A DNA stretch of 64,000 nucleotides from Lama glama (GCA_028534125.1 CM052818.1:42906001-42970000), one strand, 5' to 3'. Shown: positions 40,821-53,190, counted from the stretch's first letter. The notes: a model not told the origin generated them from the sequence alone. Numbers and translations: made by a program.

Positions 40821-40829
40821 CAATCAGCC

Positions 40830-40892
40830 GGAGGTGGGCGGAGCCTGCGGGGAGGTGGGCGGAGCCTGCGGGGAGGTGGGCGGAGCCTCCGG
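40830..40892. repeat. 21-bp tandem repeat x3 (GGAGGTGGGCGGAGCCTGCGG)
   Basis: Units at 40830-40850, 40851-40871 and 40872-40892; the third has one mismatch. Confidence 0.95.
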
Positions 40893-42677
40893 TGAAGGCG
40901 CTGACGCAAACCGAGAGCTTCCGCGATCGCTTGGTTTGCAAGGTGCATCGCACTGAAAACATCTTAGAACTGCGTATTCTCAGGCTCCACGGATATGCTG
41001 AGTCTGGTACTCAGCGAGCAGGCCCACTCACCTCTCTGGTCATGCCCTCAAGGTCATGTGGGCGACTGTAAGGCTGGAAAAGCACTGAACTACAAGGATC
41101 TGGAACTAGATTCTTGCAGATCTCCTTCCTCCGGCAATCAGACAATTTCCTACGCCTGTAGCTCCTTACAGAAGAAGAGCTGAGCCCGTGGCCTGACACC
41201 GCAGGAAAGGGAAGTAGAGGAAAGGAAGTGCCACTGTAACATGGAGTGTATTCAACGTTTGTGAGTTTCTGGATTTCCTCCATAACAACTGTTGTTATAG
41301 AATTCAGCCAGATTTAAGAACCTAAACGTTATTGGTAGCAGAGAATGAATTTATTCTGTACAGCCTAGGAAACAGAATGAAGGCTAGGGGAGAAAACGTA
41401 GACTCTCTGTAAGAAAGACTTTAAAAATTGAGGTGACAATGTAACAAAATCACTGAAGCTATCATTTACTGATCACGTACTATGTGCCAAACACAACTCA
41501 GATGATGCATCAAAATCAGGGCCTCGGTGGATCAGAGAAAATCGTGAATTTGCCTATTTTTAGGTAGGTTTCAGATTCTAGTATCAAATTAAAAAAAACC
41601 CACTGGATTTGTATGAGCAGAGAAATTTGCAAAGAATATGCACTGTATCATGTTTAGAGGGGAGAAATTTATGTGCATGTCTTCAGTCTCAGAAGAAGGT
41701 CCTATGATACTGAACCGTGGGGCTGATGTGCACTACCTCTGAGAAGTGAACTGTGGAGTAGAAGTAACCTGGCCCCTTTAGCAAAGCTCAGTACCCAGAA
41801 CTGAGTGCTGAGGGGAAGTAATGCTTTCAGCTCTAGAACGTATCTCATCCTGCTCCTTGGCAGAAGAGAAGGAGAGCATGGTCACTCTGAGACTAAGGAG
41901 AACTACAATTCTTGGAGCCAAAGCAAAATTCGGCATAGGACCCCCCCAAAAGACAGAACAATGGAAATGAGAAAGGGATGTTCTACCTAGAGGAGCAGCC
42001 TGGAAACATCCAGGGAGGGAAGACTTAGATTCCAACAAGTGGCAGTGATGGACAGCCGCTCGGAGGCAAAGTCCAGAACTAAAACTGGGCCAGGAGAGCC
42101 CGGGGCTGGGAGCCGTGGCCAGGAGAGGGCAGCCCCTGGGGGGTAAGTATCCGTAGTCCGGGAGCATCTTCATGGCAGAGTCAGTGGTGAGAACAGCTGC
42201 CCAAGTGACATCGGGGGTTCACATTAGAAAAGGACCACCGGGTGGGCCGGAGGCTGATTCCTGCAGCCAGCCTGATGGCATCAGTAGGGGTTTCCGCCCA
42301 AACCAAGTGACAGCAAACAGTGATGCGGCTGCTGACATTGTTAGAGAGCAGAAGCAGTATTGCAGAGGTTCCCACGGTAGCCTTGGTTACATGGAAAATG
42401 GCCCCGGGGTTCCCAGAGAGACTTGAGGAGGAAGGAGGGCACCTCTGAAGGAGGAAGGGCAAGATATTTTCCCCACAACATGGAGAGGCTGGAGGATTAT
42501 CTGGGCTCTGCTGACGTCTCTCTAATTCTTAAAATGCTTCCATATATTATGTGTGGTTAACCGCTTTTCCGGATTAAGAAAGAAGCCAAAGCTTAGACAG
42601 CCTTCTTACTAGCCAGACACACAGCTAATCAGCACTTCACCTCAAATTCAAGTTCAGTTTACTCAGAGTCTTCGTGC

Positions 42678-42822
42678 AAGTGTTTCCCAAAATGTAGCCA
42701 CTTGAACACCTGCAACCGAATGACCTACAGCATCTCTAGGGCTTGAGTCCCGAAGATGGGAATTTGCAGGTCGCCCTCTGAGCAGCTCTGCATCCCGTGC
42801 AGTGAACTTCTGAGGACCGCTC
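42678..42822. mobile_element. MER5-like hAT remnant
   Basis: AGTGTTTCCCAAAATG...ACTTCTGAGGACCGCT decayed termini. Confidence 0.4.
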
Positions 42823-43027
42823 ATCTACTCCGTGCTGCTGCCCTAACTCAGACGACAAAACTGGGAGCCTGCAGAAGCATGTGCACCTTTGGGAAGATGC
42901 ATGCCCACGCTCCTCGGATGTCAGGAGAGGTGGGGAGGAGGAGGTGCTTGATTTGATGACTTCGTAAGGCCCAAGCCACATATTTCTTTGATTTTATGAG
43001 CCAAATCTCTCAAATGTACTGGGTAGC

Positions 43028-43438
43028 TAATATGGGTTGAACTGGGGTGGGGGTGGGGGTGTCCCAAAATGGTATGTTCCAAAATGGTATGTTGGATTCT
43101 AACCATCAGAACCTCAGATAGTAAGTAACCTTATTTGGAAATAAGGTCATTGAAGGAGTAATTAGTTAAGATGAAGTCACTGGAATAGAGTGGCCCTTAA
43201 CCCGACCTGACCCCTGTCCTTATAGAAAGAAGGAGGATGATAGAAGACAGGCACTCAGGGACAGCATCATATGAGGACAGAAACAGAGCTCGCAGTGATG
43301 CAGCTGCAAGGCCGGGACCACGTGGATGGCTGGCCACCCTCAGCAGCTGGGAAGAAGCCAGGAACGGTTCTAGCCAGAGTCCCCGAGGGCCAGCCAGTTT
43401 GTGGTAATTTCTTAGAAGAACCCTAGGAAATGAATACA
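43028..43438 (+). mobile_element. MLT1-type MaLR solo LTR
   Basis: TATGGGTTGAA...CCTTATTTGGAAATAAGGTC...GTTTGTGGTAATTT...CCCTAGGAAATGAATACA; internal 15-bp duplication CCAAAATGGTATGTT. Confidence 0.85.
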
Positions 43439-45518
43439 ACAGCTAATGATGGAGGAATTTAGTACTTCCTCTCCTCCTTCTCTGGAGCTTAAGCTGTTCT
43501 TGTTTCTTCGTAAAGAGAGCCAGGGTTTGAAGTCCCTAGGACTGAACACATGCTATCAAGTCAAAACAGCGTCTGTCTTCACAGAATGTTGATGGAAGCT
43601 CTGAATCCTCCATCTTCCCCTCCTCCGCTGTCACCCTGTGGCCCTCTTTTGGGGATTATCTGTCCCTCTCCTGCTACTTTTCCTGTGAAGAGAACTTCCA
43701 AGGCACGCTCCCCGCCGCTGCAGTCCCCCTCCAAGGGTGCTGCAGCCTACGTACCAAATGGCTCCCAAACCCAGCAAGTTCTGGTGCAGGAAAGGTTATC
43801 AGTCTTCTGGGGGTGGGGTGGCAGGGACTATATCTGTGTCTCTATATGAATATAGAAATGGCATTTTAAAAACACTGCCTCTGAGTAGTTGCCGCCAGTT
43901 GGAAGGACCAAATACCCTGAAGTCTTTTGATGCTGAAACGCTGGTGTTGCCTGACAGGACCCAAACATTTGTACATCAGGGACTGATGCTAATACTGATC
44001 GCGGGAGGAAAGGCAGGGCCCAGTCCCCACTTCCGTCAGCTCAGAATAACTGTCAGCTCTTCTAAAGGCATATTTAGAGCCTGGATCCCGGGATGAATCA
44101 GACCGAGTGTTCTTATTTAGATAATAGGGAAATCAGGCCTTAGAGAATCGTTCGTCAGCAAAACTCAATCTGGGCAAGGCTGTGCCCTGGGAAAGGAAGC
44201 GAAGGACACGTGAGCCACACGCAGACCCGCCAGAGACGCCGCACAGCAAGGCGCAGAGGACAAAGAGCCACGCTGGGCTCTTCTGGACGGACGTGAAGAG
44301 GCTTCACTCGCTTTGCAAAGTTCTGTGAGCCACTTCCAACTGTAAGATCAGCATCCAAGCATAGCCCTAAAGGGGTTTCCCTCGGTCACAGTCTACTTCC
44401 ACTTCCCCCTCCAGCGACCTTCCTTTTTCTCTTAGCCACAGGCCTTCCTGCAGCAAGCCGTCTGGCCCGCCCGTGGGGCAGCCAGCACCTCACTCCGGGG
44501 CTCGGAAGCCGCTGCCCATCTTGTCTTGCGTAGCGTCTGGGTCCTTGGATGCAGAGGTGACTTTCCGACGGAGCCCCTGGAAGATGGAGGCTGTAACTTC
44601 TCTTCCTGAATCTTCTTCAGTATGAGGGTGGATTTAAAACAGGCTTTGGAGGAAGAGACGCCGCTGTGCATACTTGTCCTTGCCTGTTACCCAAGATGGG
44701 ACAAAAGAAAGTCGTGGCAAGAGGTCAGCTCTGTTGTCTTCCTCTCTCAACACTTCTCCCAGCCCTGCCAGAGCAACGCCAGTAACGAACGACAGGCCAG
44801 AAATAGCCTGTAGACAGGAGAACTGACTTGTATTTTTAAAAGCACTTTATTTAAATTCTTTCTAGTCTTCAGATTTCCTTGGATCTGGCCTTATTTCATC
44901 TGGTGTTTTCCTTCCCTTTAAAACTCTGACAGAACTCACTAAGCAAACCACAGTGGCTCAAAATGTTTAAGAACCTCCAAACTGAAGTGCCTGCATTGTG
45001 GAAGGAGGTATCACAGCCTCATTCTTTCGAGTAATTACGGTAGGCCAGATCCTGCTTTGCTGAATAGATCTGGAACAAGATAGGAACGGTCAAAGGACTA
45101 AAGCTGCTTTCCTTCTGTGATTTTCCAGTCAGCTGTACCCTCCACTGTCTTCCTGGCACTGTGCCCAATTGTGAGACTGAAGTCATGAGGAAGACCCTGC
45201 ATTTGCCCTTAATGTGCAAATCTTAGGGGAACAGAAATCCACAGAGAGGTAAGACTATTGCCCAGAGCATCGTGGTGGAAGGGAGGAGAGAGCCCAGGGG
45301 CAGGAGCTTAGAAAACTCTGCTTAAAGATTTGTAAAGCGTGGTCTTGAAGGAGGACTGAAAGTCCTCCAGGCATCGACACACAGGAGGGGGAAAGTGGAG
45401 GGGCGTGTGTGTGTTTTGGAGGTGAGGGTGGAGACCAGGAATGGCAAGGGAGAGAGGTTAGGGCCTCGGTTAAGAGAGGGAGCAAAATCTATGACAGTTT
45501 CAGAAAAGAAGAAGTTCA

Positions 45519-45566
45519 CCAGAAATTGACACAGCTTTGTAAACTGACTATAACTTAAAAAAAAAA
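45519..45566 (+). mobile_element. Extremely truncated (~48 bp) L1 insertion
   Basis: CCAGAAATTGACACAGCTTTGTAAACTGACTATAACTT plus an A-tail; TSD core AAGTTCA at 45512-45518 and 45567-45573. Confidence 0.85.
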
Positions 45567-46689
45567 AAGTTCAATGCGGATGAAGAAAGATATAAATGAG
45601 AATAAAGAGGTTAGACAAGTGCTTGGATATGAAGATGATTTTAAATTAGAAAGTTTACGTTTCACCTTGCGATGGAAAGCTGCTGACGAGCTTTACACAT
45701 AAGAGTCAAGGATCTGACAATTTCTGAAAATTTCTCTGGCAGCCATGAGGGGAATGTCTTAGAGGGAACGGATGCAGGAGTGGGGTGGGGGAGCTTGTGA
45801 AATTACCTGCAGTTATAGAGGGGGCAAAGGATAAATGTCTGGGATTAGGGTAGTGTCTGAAGAGGCAGGGACATTAAACCAGGCTCTTGGCAAAAACTCT
45901 GTACAAGGCGAATTAATCTGGAATCCATTTGCTAGTTGGATAAAAAATAAAATAAAAAAGAATAACCAAAGACAAAGATGTCTCAAGAAAAATAAATGCT
46001 TCTCTCAACCCTGTCTAAGCAAGTGGCAGCAAAGAACAGAATTCTAGAATTAAAGGAAGAAATCCTAGCTAGCATCTAGACCAGTTTTCCCATTTAGAGG
46101 GAAAATAGTGCTAAATTTGAACTGATATTTTTTCCTGCTTTGTAGTTTTCTCTTACTTGCCACCATTCCACCATTAAATTCTTTGTGAAGCTGAGACTTA
46201 AGCGGCTATAAAACAGAGAGGTCACGAAAGATTCCCGTCAGGACTTCTAGTTAAATCCTTGACTTTTCTTCCTAAACAGGTCTTGAAAGCCTGTGTCACA
46301 GAGGCAGTAATTAACTCATTGTGGCCCGGTCTGTAGTAAAAAGTTCTATTCTTTCCCAGATAAATTTCCAGCTCTCTAATGACAATTCAAGCAGATCCAT
46401 GACTTTACGGCTGATCTTGGTTTTAAGAGCAAGTGCTGTATAAGTAACCCAGACTCCTGTTTCGGGACTACAAATGTCCATCTGAGAATAAGTCAAAAGT
46501 TTCTTTCTTTCATCCAAATGAAAGCTGTGTTTTCTGCCCATTCCTAACCCAGCTCAGGACCTAAAGTGGGGCAAGGAAGGAACTCCTTCCTCCCCTCCTC
46601 AAGGTTCTTATGAAAGGAGGGTAGGGATACAGGAAAGGGACCGAATTTTTTCTTTGTCATTTCTTGGGTCCTGCTCTCATGGTCCTCTT

Positions 46690-47260
46690 TGGCTGGTACT
46701 GACTAGCCAGTGATGTCCGCCACATGGTAGATGTCACATGCGTGTTCTTCCAAGGGGCCCATTTATGGGTTTTCCAGAATTCCTCATGAGAACCTCACCA
46801 CTGCACAAATTCCTACCATTGACAACTGGACCATTAGTCAGTCATTCCCTCCTCAATTTCTGCCTCTGAGAATGCATCCCACAGACTCTGCTGGCTTCCC
46901 CTTGTCCTTGAAGAACACCCTATTGGATATCTCAGAGCTGGCTCAAGTCTAGCTGCCTTTCACAGTATCCACTGGGAGCCATTCTCAAATACCCTGCTGC
47001 ACCAAGCAGCGAGAGGGTGGCTGCCCTCAGCTTCCCTGTTTTCTTGCTCTGATTTCAGATGGCTCCAACCACTTCCTGCTTCTGAGCAAGCACCCGTTTC
47101 TGTGGTCACCAGTCCACCTGTATTAAGCTCCACTTCAGAGCACTATATGCTGATGGGTTGCCCTGAGTGACTGGTGAATTTTGTAGCTCAGTAATAGCTA
47201 CCTGGGGAGGGTGGTCCCAGTCCCTTTCTTGCTGACCCCCTAAGGCTCTCTGGGTGATTC
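46690..47260 (+). mobile_element. Possible ancient ERVL (LTR33-like) LTR
   Basis: Weak recall-level resemblance only. Confidence 0.3.
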
Positions 47261-48127
47261 TCTTGGAGAACTCTACCTTGGGCAAGGAAAATAAAAAGTC
47301 TCAGATGTGACTACTACTGAAAATTTTTCTTGTCCTCTAACCAATTCCCTTGGAATTTCTTGTCTCCTGTTTGCATAGGTTGTTTGGGGAGGGGAGGATG
47401 GGGGATCACAAGACTGGTCTGGCAACCTCTTCCCGAGCACTGGAAGGGCTAACTGGCAATGACTCGGTGCTGTAGTTAGAATGTCACAGTACTTACTGTT
47501 CCAAGTTTGGGGCTTTAGCCCAAATTCCAAGACAATAGGAAAAGCCTCATTCAATATCTTAGGTTAACAACTTTGAAAACTGAAAAGAACTATTGTCATT
47601 GTCACTGTTGTTGAGCTCTTCAAGAGTATAAGCTCTCAGAATATAGTTTAGCTATCAGTCATGGAATAGGGAATAGGGAACAGGGAATGCTGACCCCAGT
47701 GCTGTGTAGGAACTCTGCGTGGACATGGGAAGGCAAAGTTCCGTATTGGACATGGGTGATGGGGAAAGCTTAGGGACGAGATGTGTGTCTGTATGTGTGC
47801 GGGTTGGTCTAGGGGACTACTTCATTCTCTGTTTCTGGGGTCAAAACCTTGGGAGTCAAGGATGGCAAAAAAAAAACTCACATAACTACGAAGGATCAGA
47901 AAGCTGAGAAGGTCTATCTCAGGCTAGCACAAACCACTGAGGGGATCCCTGTGCTTTGCAAAGACCCAGAGGATGGTGCAGCAACAGCTCCAAGAAGACC
48001 CAGAGAAAGTCCCTTGGAGACTCCTGCAGCCCTGACTGTCACAGGAGAGCATTCAAAGGTGTCTGAAGTGCTAGAAGATAGAAAGAACCCTCCAAGGAGG
48101 AGACAGAATGTGTATAATTGGAGACCA

Positions 48128-48140
48128 TGCTGAGTCAGCA
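48128..48140. promoter_or_regulatory. Perfect T-MARE palindrome TGCTGAGTCAGCA
   Basis: Exact 13-bp Maf recognition element, which also satisfies the ARE consensus. Confidence 0.5.
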
Positions 48141-48914
48141 AGCAGATGATACAGAGCCAGTAGGGACAGGGTTGTGACCAAGACCTGGAAGGACGAAATA
48201 CACCTCAGTGGTGGCCCATTTGAACACATAATGGGCTGGGACACAACACCCACTCCCCCCATCCCCCACCCCCACCTGGGCAGGGGGCTCACGTAGACAT
48301 CTGCACCCTGATGCTGCCCCAGGGTCAGAGAAGGAAAGGAGAGCGACTAGGAGAAATGGAATTGATAGAGTACTTACCTAAATGAGCTTGGATTTTAAGT
48401 GAAAATGACTGACTTATCTTAATTTGCAAGATATAGATTTTTGCATCAGAAAAATGTAGGTGGCTCATGAGCTTAGTTGAATTCAGATACTGAGAAACAT
48501 AAAGTCGTGCTTGGTGTTAAAGTTAGGTCCACTGAAAACTGGGGCAGGGGAGGCAGGAGAGGGGGACTGCCTTAGAATCCAAACAGTTTGTGCTGAAGCC
48601 GGATCCCTGTCCTGATTCTAATCATTGCCTTGCACCAAAACGGATAGTTTCCAGAACCACCAAGGGTTGATGTGGAGCATTTAAAGAAGGAAGCATTTTG
48701 CCAACACATTTCTTTTGGATGTGATGAATCCTGCCCTGTCACAGCCAAGCCCAGCAAACAAAGCCAAAACCTAAATCTCTAAATAATGTGTTCCTTTCTT
48801 TAATCTCCATCTATTTGGACACGTATCCATGTGCATTAAAATTGGCCTCAGAATACTTGGAAGGTTTCTAACCATCATTTGTGGCAATGGAGATATACCA
48901 TTTAGGTCTGGAGA

Positions 48915-49090
48915 CAGCATAATATGTCATTTAGCAAGAAGGCTCTCAAGTCAGCCCACTTGGGGTCAAAGCTGGAGTCTATAATTTACAAAACATGTAA
49001 CCTTGAGCAAATTGCTTAAAGTTTGCATGCCTCGGTTTCTTCTCTTATAAAGTAAGGATGATTATAGTAGTTTTATCATAGTTGTCATAA
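48915..49090 (+). mobile_element. MIR SINE
   Basis: TGTAACCTTGAGCAAATTGCTTAA...GCCTCGGTTTCTTCTCTTATAAA. Confidence 0.65.
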
Positions 49091-49394
49091 ATCTTAAGCC
49101 ACCATATCTACAGACAGGAGAATGGGTACAGGGGTGAGTTCTCCGTCAGTGCAGACATTCAAGTTTAGGCTGGACAGCCACATGGTGGGGATGTTGCATT
49201 GGACTGAATAACTGCTGAGATCCTTTCCAACTCTGATTATCCTTTGAAAAAGAAGGCTCACAGCCAAAGAAAAAGAATCCACTTTGAGATAAACCCAATT
49301 GGCTCTCCTTTGGAAAAGGAGGCCAAATGCATACAATCTATTTAAAACTAAGATGAAATAGGCCACACCACCCTTGTTGTTGACTCAGCAGCTG

Positions 49395-49610
49395 GAGAGT
49401 CGTGGCCAGTGCCCTGGATGTCGAGTCAGGAGACCTGGGCTGGAATTCCAGCCCTGCTCTCAGCTGTGCGGTCTTGGGCCCCTCAAGTGCTGGATACAGT
49501 TTGCAGTTTCTTCACTGGCAAAATGGGTGTAATTTTTTTTTTCCTCAAAAGGTACTCATGAAGATTAAATGAGCCAACCTGAAACTGCTTTGAAAATGGT
49601 AAATCATAGA
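49395..49610 (+). mobile_element. MIR SINE
   Basis: GAGTCAGGAGACCTGGG...AGCTGTGCGGTCTTGGGC...AAAATGGG...GATTAAATGAG. Confidence 0.65.
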
Positions 49611-50920
49611 ATGAACAGAGGTGTTGTCATTTCCAGAGCTCAAATTACACTCTACGTCATTAGTTCTGAAAATAACATATGTAACCTCAGACACTGGCTG
49701 AGACTAAGCCATTATTTTAAACATCATGATAGGCGTAGAAGCTGGAAAAACTGCCATTTCAAAAGTTTTTGAATATTTTTCTACCACTCAAGAGTGGAGA
49801 CTCCAATTTGCCTTTGAGGCAGGCAGTGGCTTTGTTCTGAAAAAAAGAAAATAAAAGCAAACGAAAAAACATAGCACTGGGTCATATTTGTTTATGCAAA
49901 TATAAATCAGCTCTCACCTATGATTTTTAGGAACAGTGAGGTCAACCTCAACTTGAATGCTGATCACCTTAGACTCAATACTTGACTGCTTTTTTTCCCC
50001 TAAATGAGCCAGATGCATCTTCTATCAGAGCTTTTGTCTGCAAATTTTCACTCAAATATTTATTGACAGTAACTCTTTGCCAGGTGAGTTAGTGTTGACA
50101 AGTCATATATGTTCCTAACAGGGTTCATGGGCTATATAATAGGAAACAGAAAAAAAATAAGCACAAATTACACAAATAATTTATAAAGATAAATGTCCCA
50201 AAGGCAATGAGGAATTAAAGTACTCTGACAGTCTATAAGCAGAGGACCATTAAATGTGGAGTTGGCAAGGTTTTCCTAGGAAAGGAATATTGAAGCTGAA
50301 CCTTCAAAGAGGAAGAGGAGCTACCCAAGTGGGAGAGGCCAGGTGAGGGCAGAAAGCTCAGGAAATGTTTCTTTGTGGTTTCCTTGAAGATAAATGGTTT
50401 TTTTTTGTTCCCCTCTCTGGGTGAGTTTAGATTACAGTGTCTATAAATAATTGCTCATTCTTAGCAACTTCTGTGTGTTCTTCTCTGGATAAATGTTATC
50501 AAGAGAAGCAAGCTGAGATGAAAAGGACTCTGTACCAGCAAGGAGATGCAGCAATTTTTACGTCTCGTCCTGGAGGAGGTGGCGTGCAGGGAACAAGACT
50601 GGGCTCAGTACTGAGCGGTTGAAACTGGACATCATGGACTGCAGTCTTGTTGGTCTGATTATCTTACTAGCTTCACTGGCGCCCAAAGGCAAGGTCACTG
50701 TCTGAGTGACACTGGATTTACACCTTATTTAAGTGGATAATCCCACTGTATCATCCCGTGTGAAGCTTAATCCTGGGACAGGAAATGAAGACTCACTTTC
50801 TGTACCTATAACTGAAGGGTACTCTTGAACCCAAACCTAAAAATAACCATGACCAGACGTGGTTGTTATGAGGTGTTCTGTGATGTGCTTTCCTTCTTTC
50901 TACCTCCATCTCTTTCTACA

Positions 50921-51454
50921 TTTTTTAAATTGAAATACAGTTTATTTACAATGTTGTGTTGGTTTCTGGTGTACAGCATAGTGATTCAGTCATACATATT
51001 TATGTATGCATTCTTTTTCATATTCTTGTTATAGGTTATTACAAAATATTGAGTGGAGGTCCCTGTGCTATACAATAGGACCTTGCTGTTTATCTATTTT
51101 ATATATAATAGTTTGTATCTGCTAATCCCAAACTTCCAATTTATCCCTCCCTACCCTTTCCCTTTTGGTAAACACAGTTTGTTTTCTATGTCTGGGAGTC
51201 TATTTCTGTTTTGTAAATAAGTTCATTTTTCTCATTATGTTAGATTCCACATATAAGTGATATGTGATATTTGTCTTTTTCTGTCTGACTTCATTTAAAA
51301 GATTATCTCTAGGTCCATCCATGGAAGTAACCTAAATGTCCACTGGCAGATGATTGGATAAAGAAGATGCGATACACACACACACACACACACTCACACA
51401 CACACACAATGGATAATACTCATCCATAAAAAAATAATGAAATAATGCCATTTG
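50921..51454 (-). mobile_element. L1 3' end with 5' inversion (twin-priming structure)
   Basis: 50921-51323 is an L1 3'UTR on the minus strand; 51320-51454 is the immediately upstream L1 segment in the opposite orientation and contains a (CA)n expansion. Confidence 0.88.
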
Positions 51455-51510
51455 TGCCCCATCTTTTAATCACTTCCCACTGGAAGCCAAAGCTGATCTC
51501 AGCTGTGCTC

Positions 51511-51523
51511 TGCTGACTCAGCA
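51511..51523. promoter_or_regulatory. Perfect T-MARE palindrome TGCTGACTCAGCA
   Basis: Exact 13-bp Maf element; the palindrome extends to TCTGCTGACTCAGCAGA (51509-51525). Confidence 0.5.
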
Positions 51524-51650
51524 GAACCTTCTCCTCCATACTTGGGAAGGTGTGGCCGAGAGGGGAGTCCCCTTCTGGAGTGAGAACGGTGGCACCAGCA
51601 GCATCGTGCATAGAAGACAGTTGTGTCCAGCAACATAGTGACCACACAGC

Positions 51651-52305
51651 GGTCAGAAATACAGTGAAAATGTTGAATTTTACCCCGGCTTTGTGACCCT
51701 GTAAAAACAGTGGTGGCTAAGAGACCTCCCACCCATTCTTTTGTGTTCTGGGAAATGGATTACTGCAAAGAAACATCCTTCCCCAAATGATGTAAGTAAG
51801 ATTCACAGATATAAGACCCTTGTATCCATATGATGAACCCAGACACAAACACCTCAGTTCTCATTCTTTGACTCATGATTGGTGATGATGCTTTCCTCTG
51901 CCATCGATCAGAACAAAATGCATATTAACCCAATTTTGATTAAGTTTATTTCCGCCCCATAAAACCCTGAATTCTGACCTCAGCCTGAGCCGGCATCCAG
52001 CCTCTCCTAATACCCACTCCCTCAAAAATAGGCTGGTGTCAGCATTCTATGATCTGCTATCTGATCGAGCCATCCTTTCATGCCACCTGGTTATTTCTAG
52101 CCTTGTTTATTTCCCAAGAAAGAAAAACTCTCTTTGGCTAACCTTGATCATAAACCTTGCTGATCATATGGTCAGAAAGTTCTACTTACTGTAACAGTAT
52201 AATTCTGACCATATAATCAGAGAAATAATCCTTGAATAATCCTTAAAATAATCCTTTCAAATAAAGTCTCTCTTTACTAAGCCTGGATTCATTTTTGATT
52301 TGACA
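51651..52305 (+). mobile_element. MER31/MER67-group ERV1 solo LTR
   Basis: GGAAATGGATTACTGCAAAGAA..CTTCCCC block; AATAAAGTCTC at ~52260; ends TTTGACA. Confidence 0.65.
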
Positions 52306-52979
52306 GCAGCGACATGAAAATAAGTCCTGAGCAGAAACGCATGTTGGATCGCTTTCTGAACACACTGGAGTTAGAATTCTTGGGAACCCTTGGAAAGAGT
52401 AAGTAGGACAGTCCAAAAAGAAGAATTAGGTCAGAGGTTACCATATTGTCATCATTTTGGTGTTTAATATGAAATGTGCTCTTACTTTGTGGACAATTTT
52501 GGGAACAGAGCAGTTGGGCTACATATAAAATAACTTTTAATGGGAAAAACACCACGGGTAGTAGAATCCAGCCAGTTTAGAGTAAAGAATTCTTTCTCAG
52601 ATAGTGGAAATTGCTCCAGCATGTAAATCTTGCTTATCATAAAGAATGTGCAGTTCACAAGAAAAAAAAAATAATCCTTATCTCCACAGGCAAAGATTCT
52701 GTCTTTGGCAAAACATAGCTAAGAAAAACTCCTCTTTCCCTACTTGCGAGGAAAGACGGTCCCTAAATCTTTTCTCAAAGATGACCCCAAACATGCTTGA
52801 GACACTTAAAAACTCAACACATTCTCTCAGCACCACTTCCTATGTTCTGACATTCTCTAGACATTGAGGCTTGTCGATCTTCAATAAAAGCAGAATTATT
52901 AGCGCTTCAACTCTTATCTATACTTATCAGTTAAACGTGCAATCCTTTAGAGTAAGAAATGGTCAGAATAGGGAGGGAA

Positions 52980-53190
52980 GGCCAGTCTTTGAAGTCAGAC
53001 AAGCCTCGGTTCAAATCCAGGCTGTGTCACACAGTTGCTGTGTGATCTTAAGGGCAGGTAATTGAGCTCAGTGTGCCCATCACTCATAAAAATAACGCGA
53101 GCTGCATTAGAGTATTACTATCAGGTTAGTTAATCCCTGAAAACATCATAAGAAAGTAGTTGGTGTTGAGTAGACAGCCACTAAATATTA
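52980..53190 (+). mobile_element. MIR SINE
   Basis: GAAGTCAGAC..GGTTCAAATCCAGGCT..GCTGTGTGATCTT. Confidence 0.65.

Larger units (their letters stand above)
40330..41000. promoter_or_regulatory. CpG island, probable promoter (likely driving a minus-strand transcript)
   Basis: Highest CpG density in the window; three GC boxes; TGACGCAA at 40902-40909; kB-type GGGAAATCCC at 40464-40473; minus-strand donor at 40702. Confidence 0.75.

Noticed and set aside
40670..41071. Overlapping ORFs with repeated peptides (RWAEPAG, RRLRPPP)
   Set aside because: Products of the GC-rich island and the in-frame 21-bp repeat; no recognisable protein.
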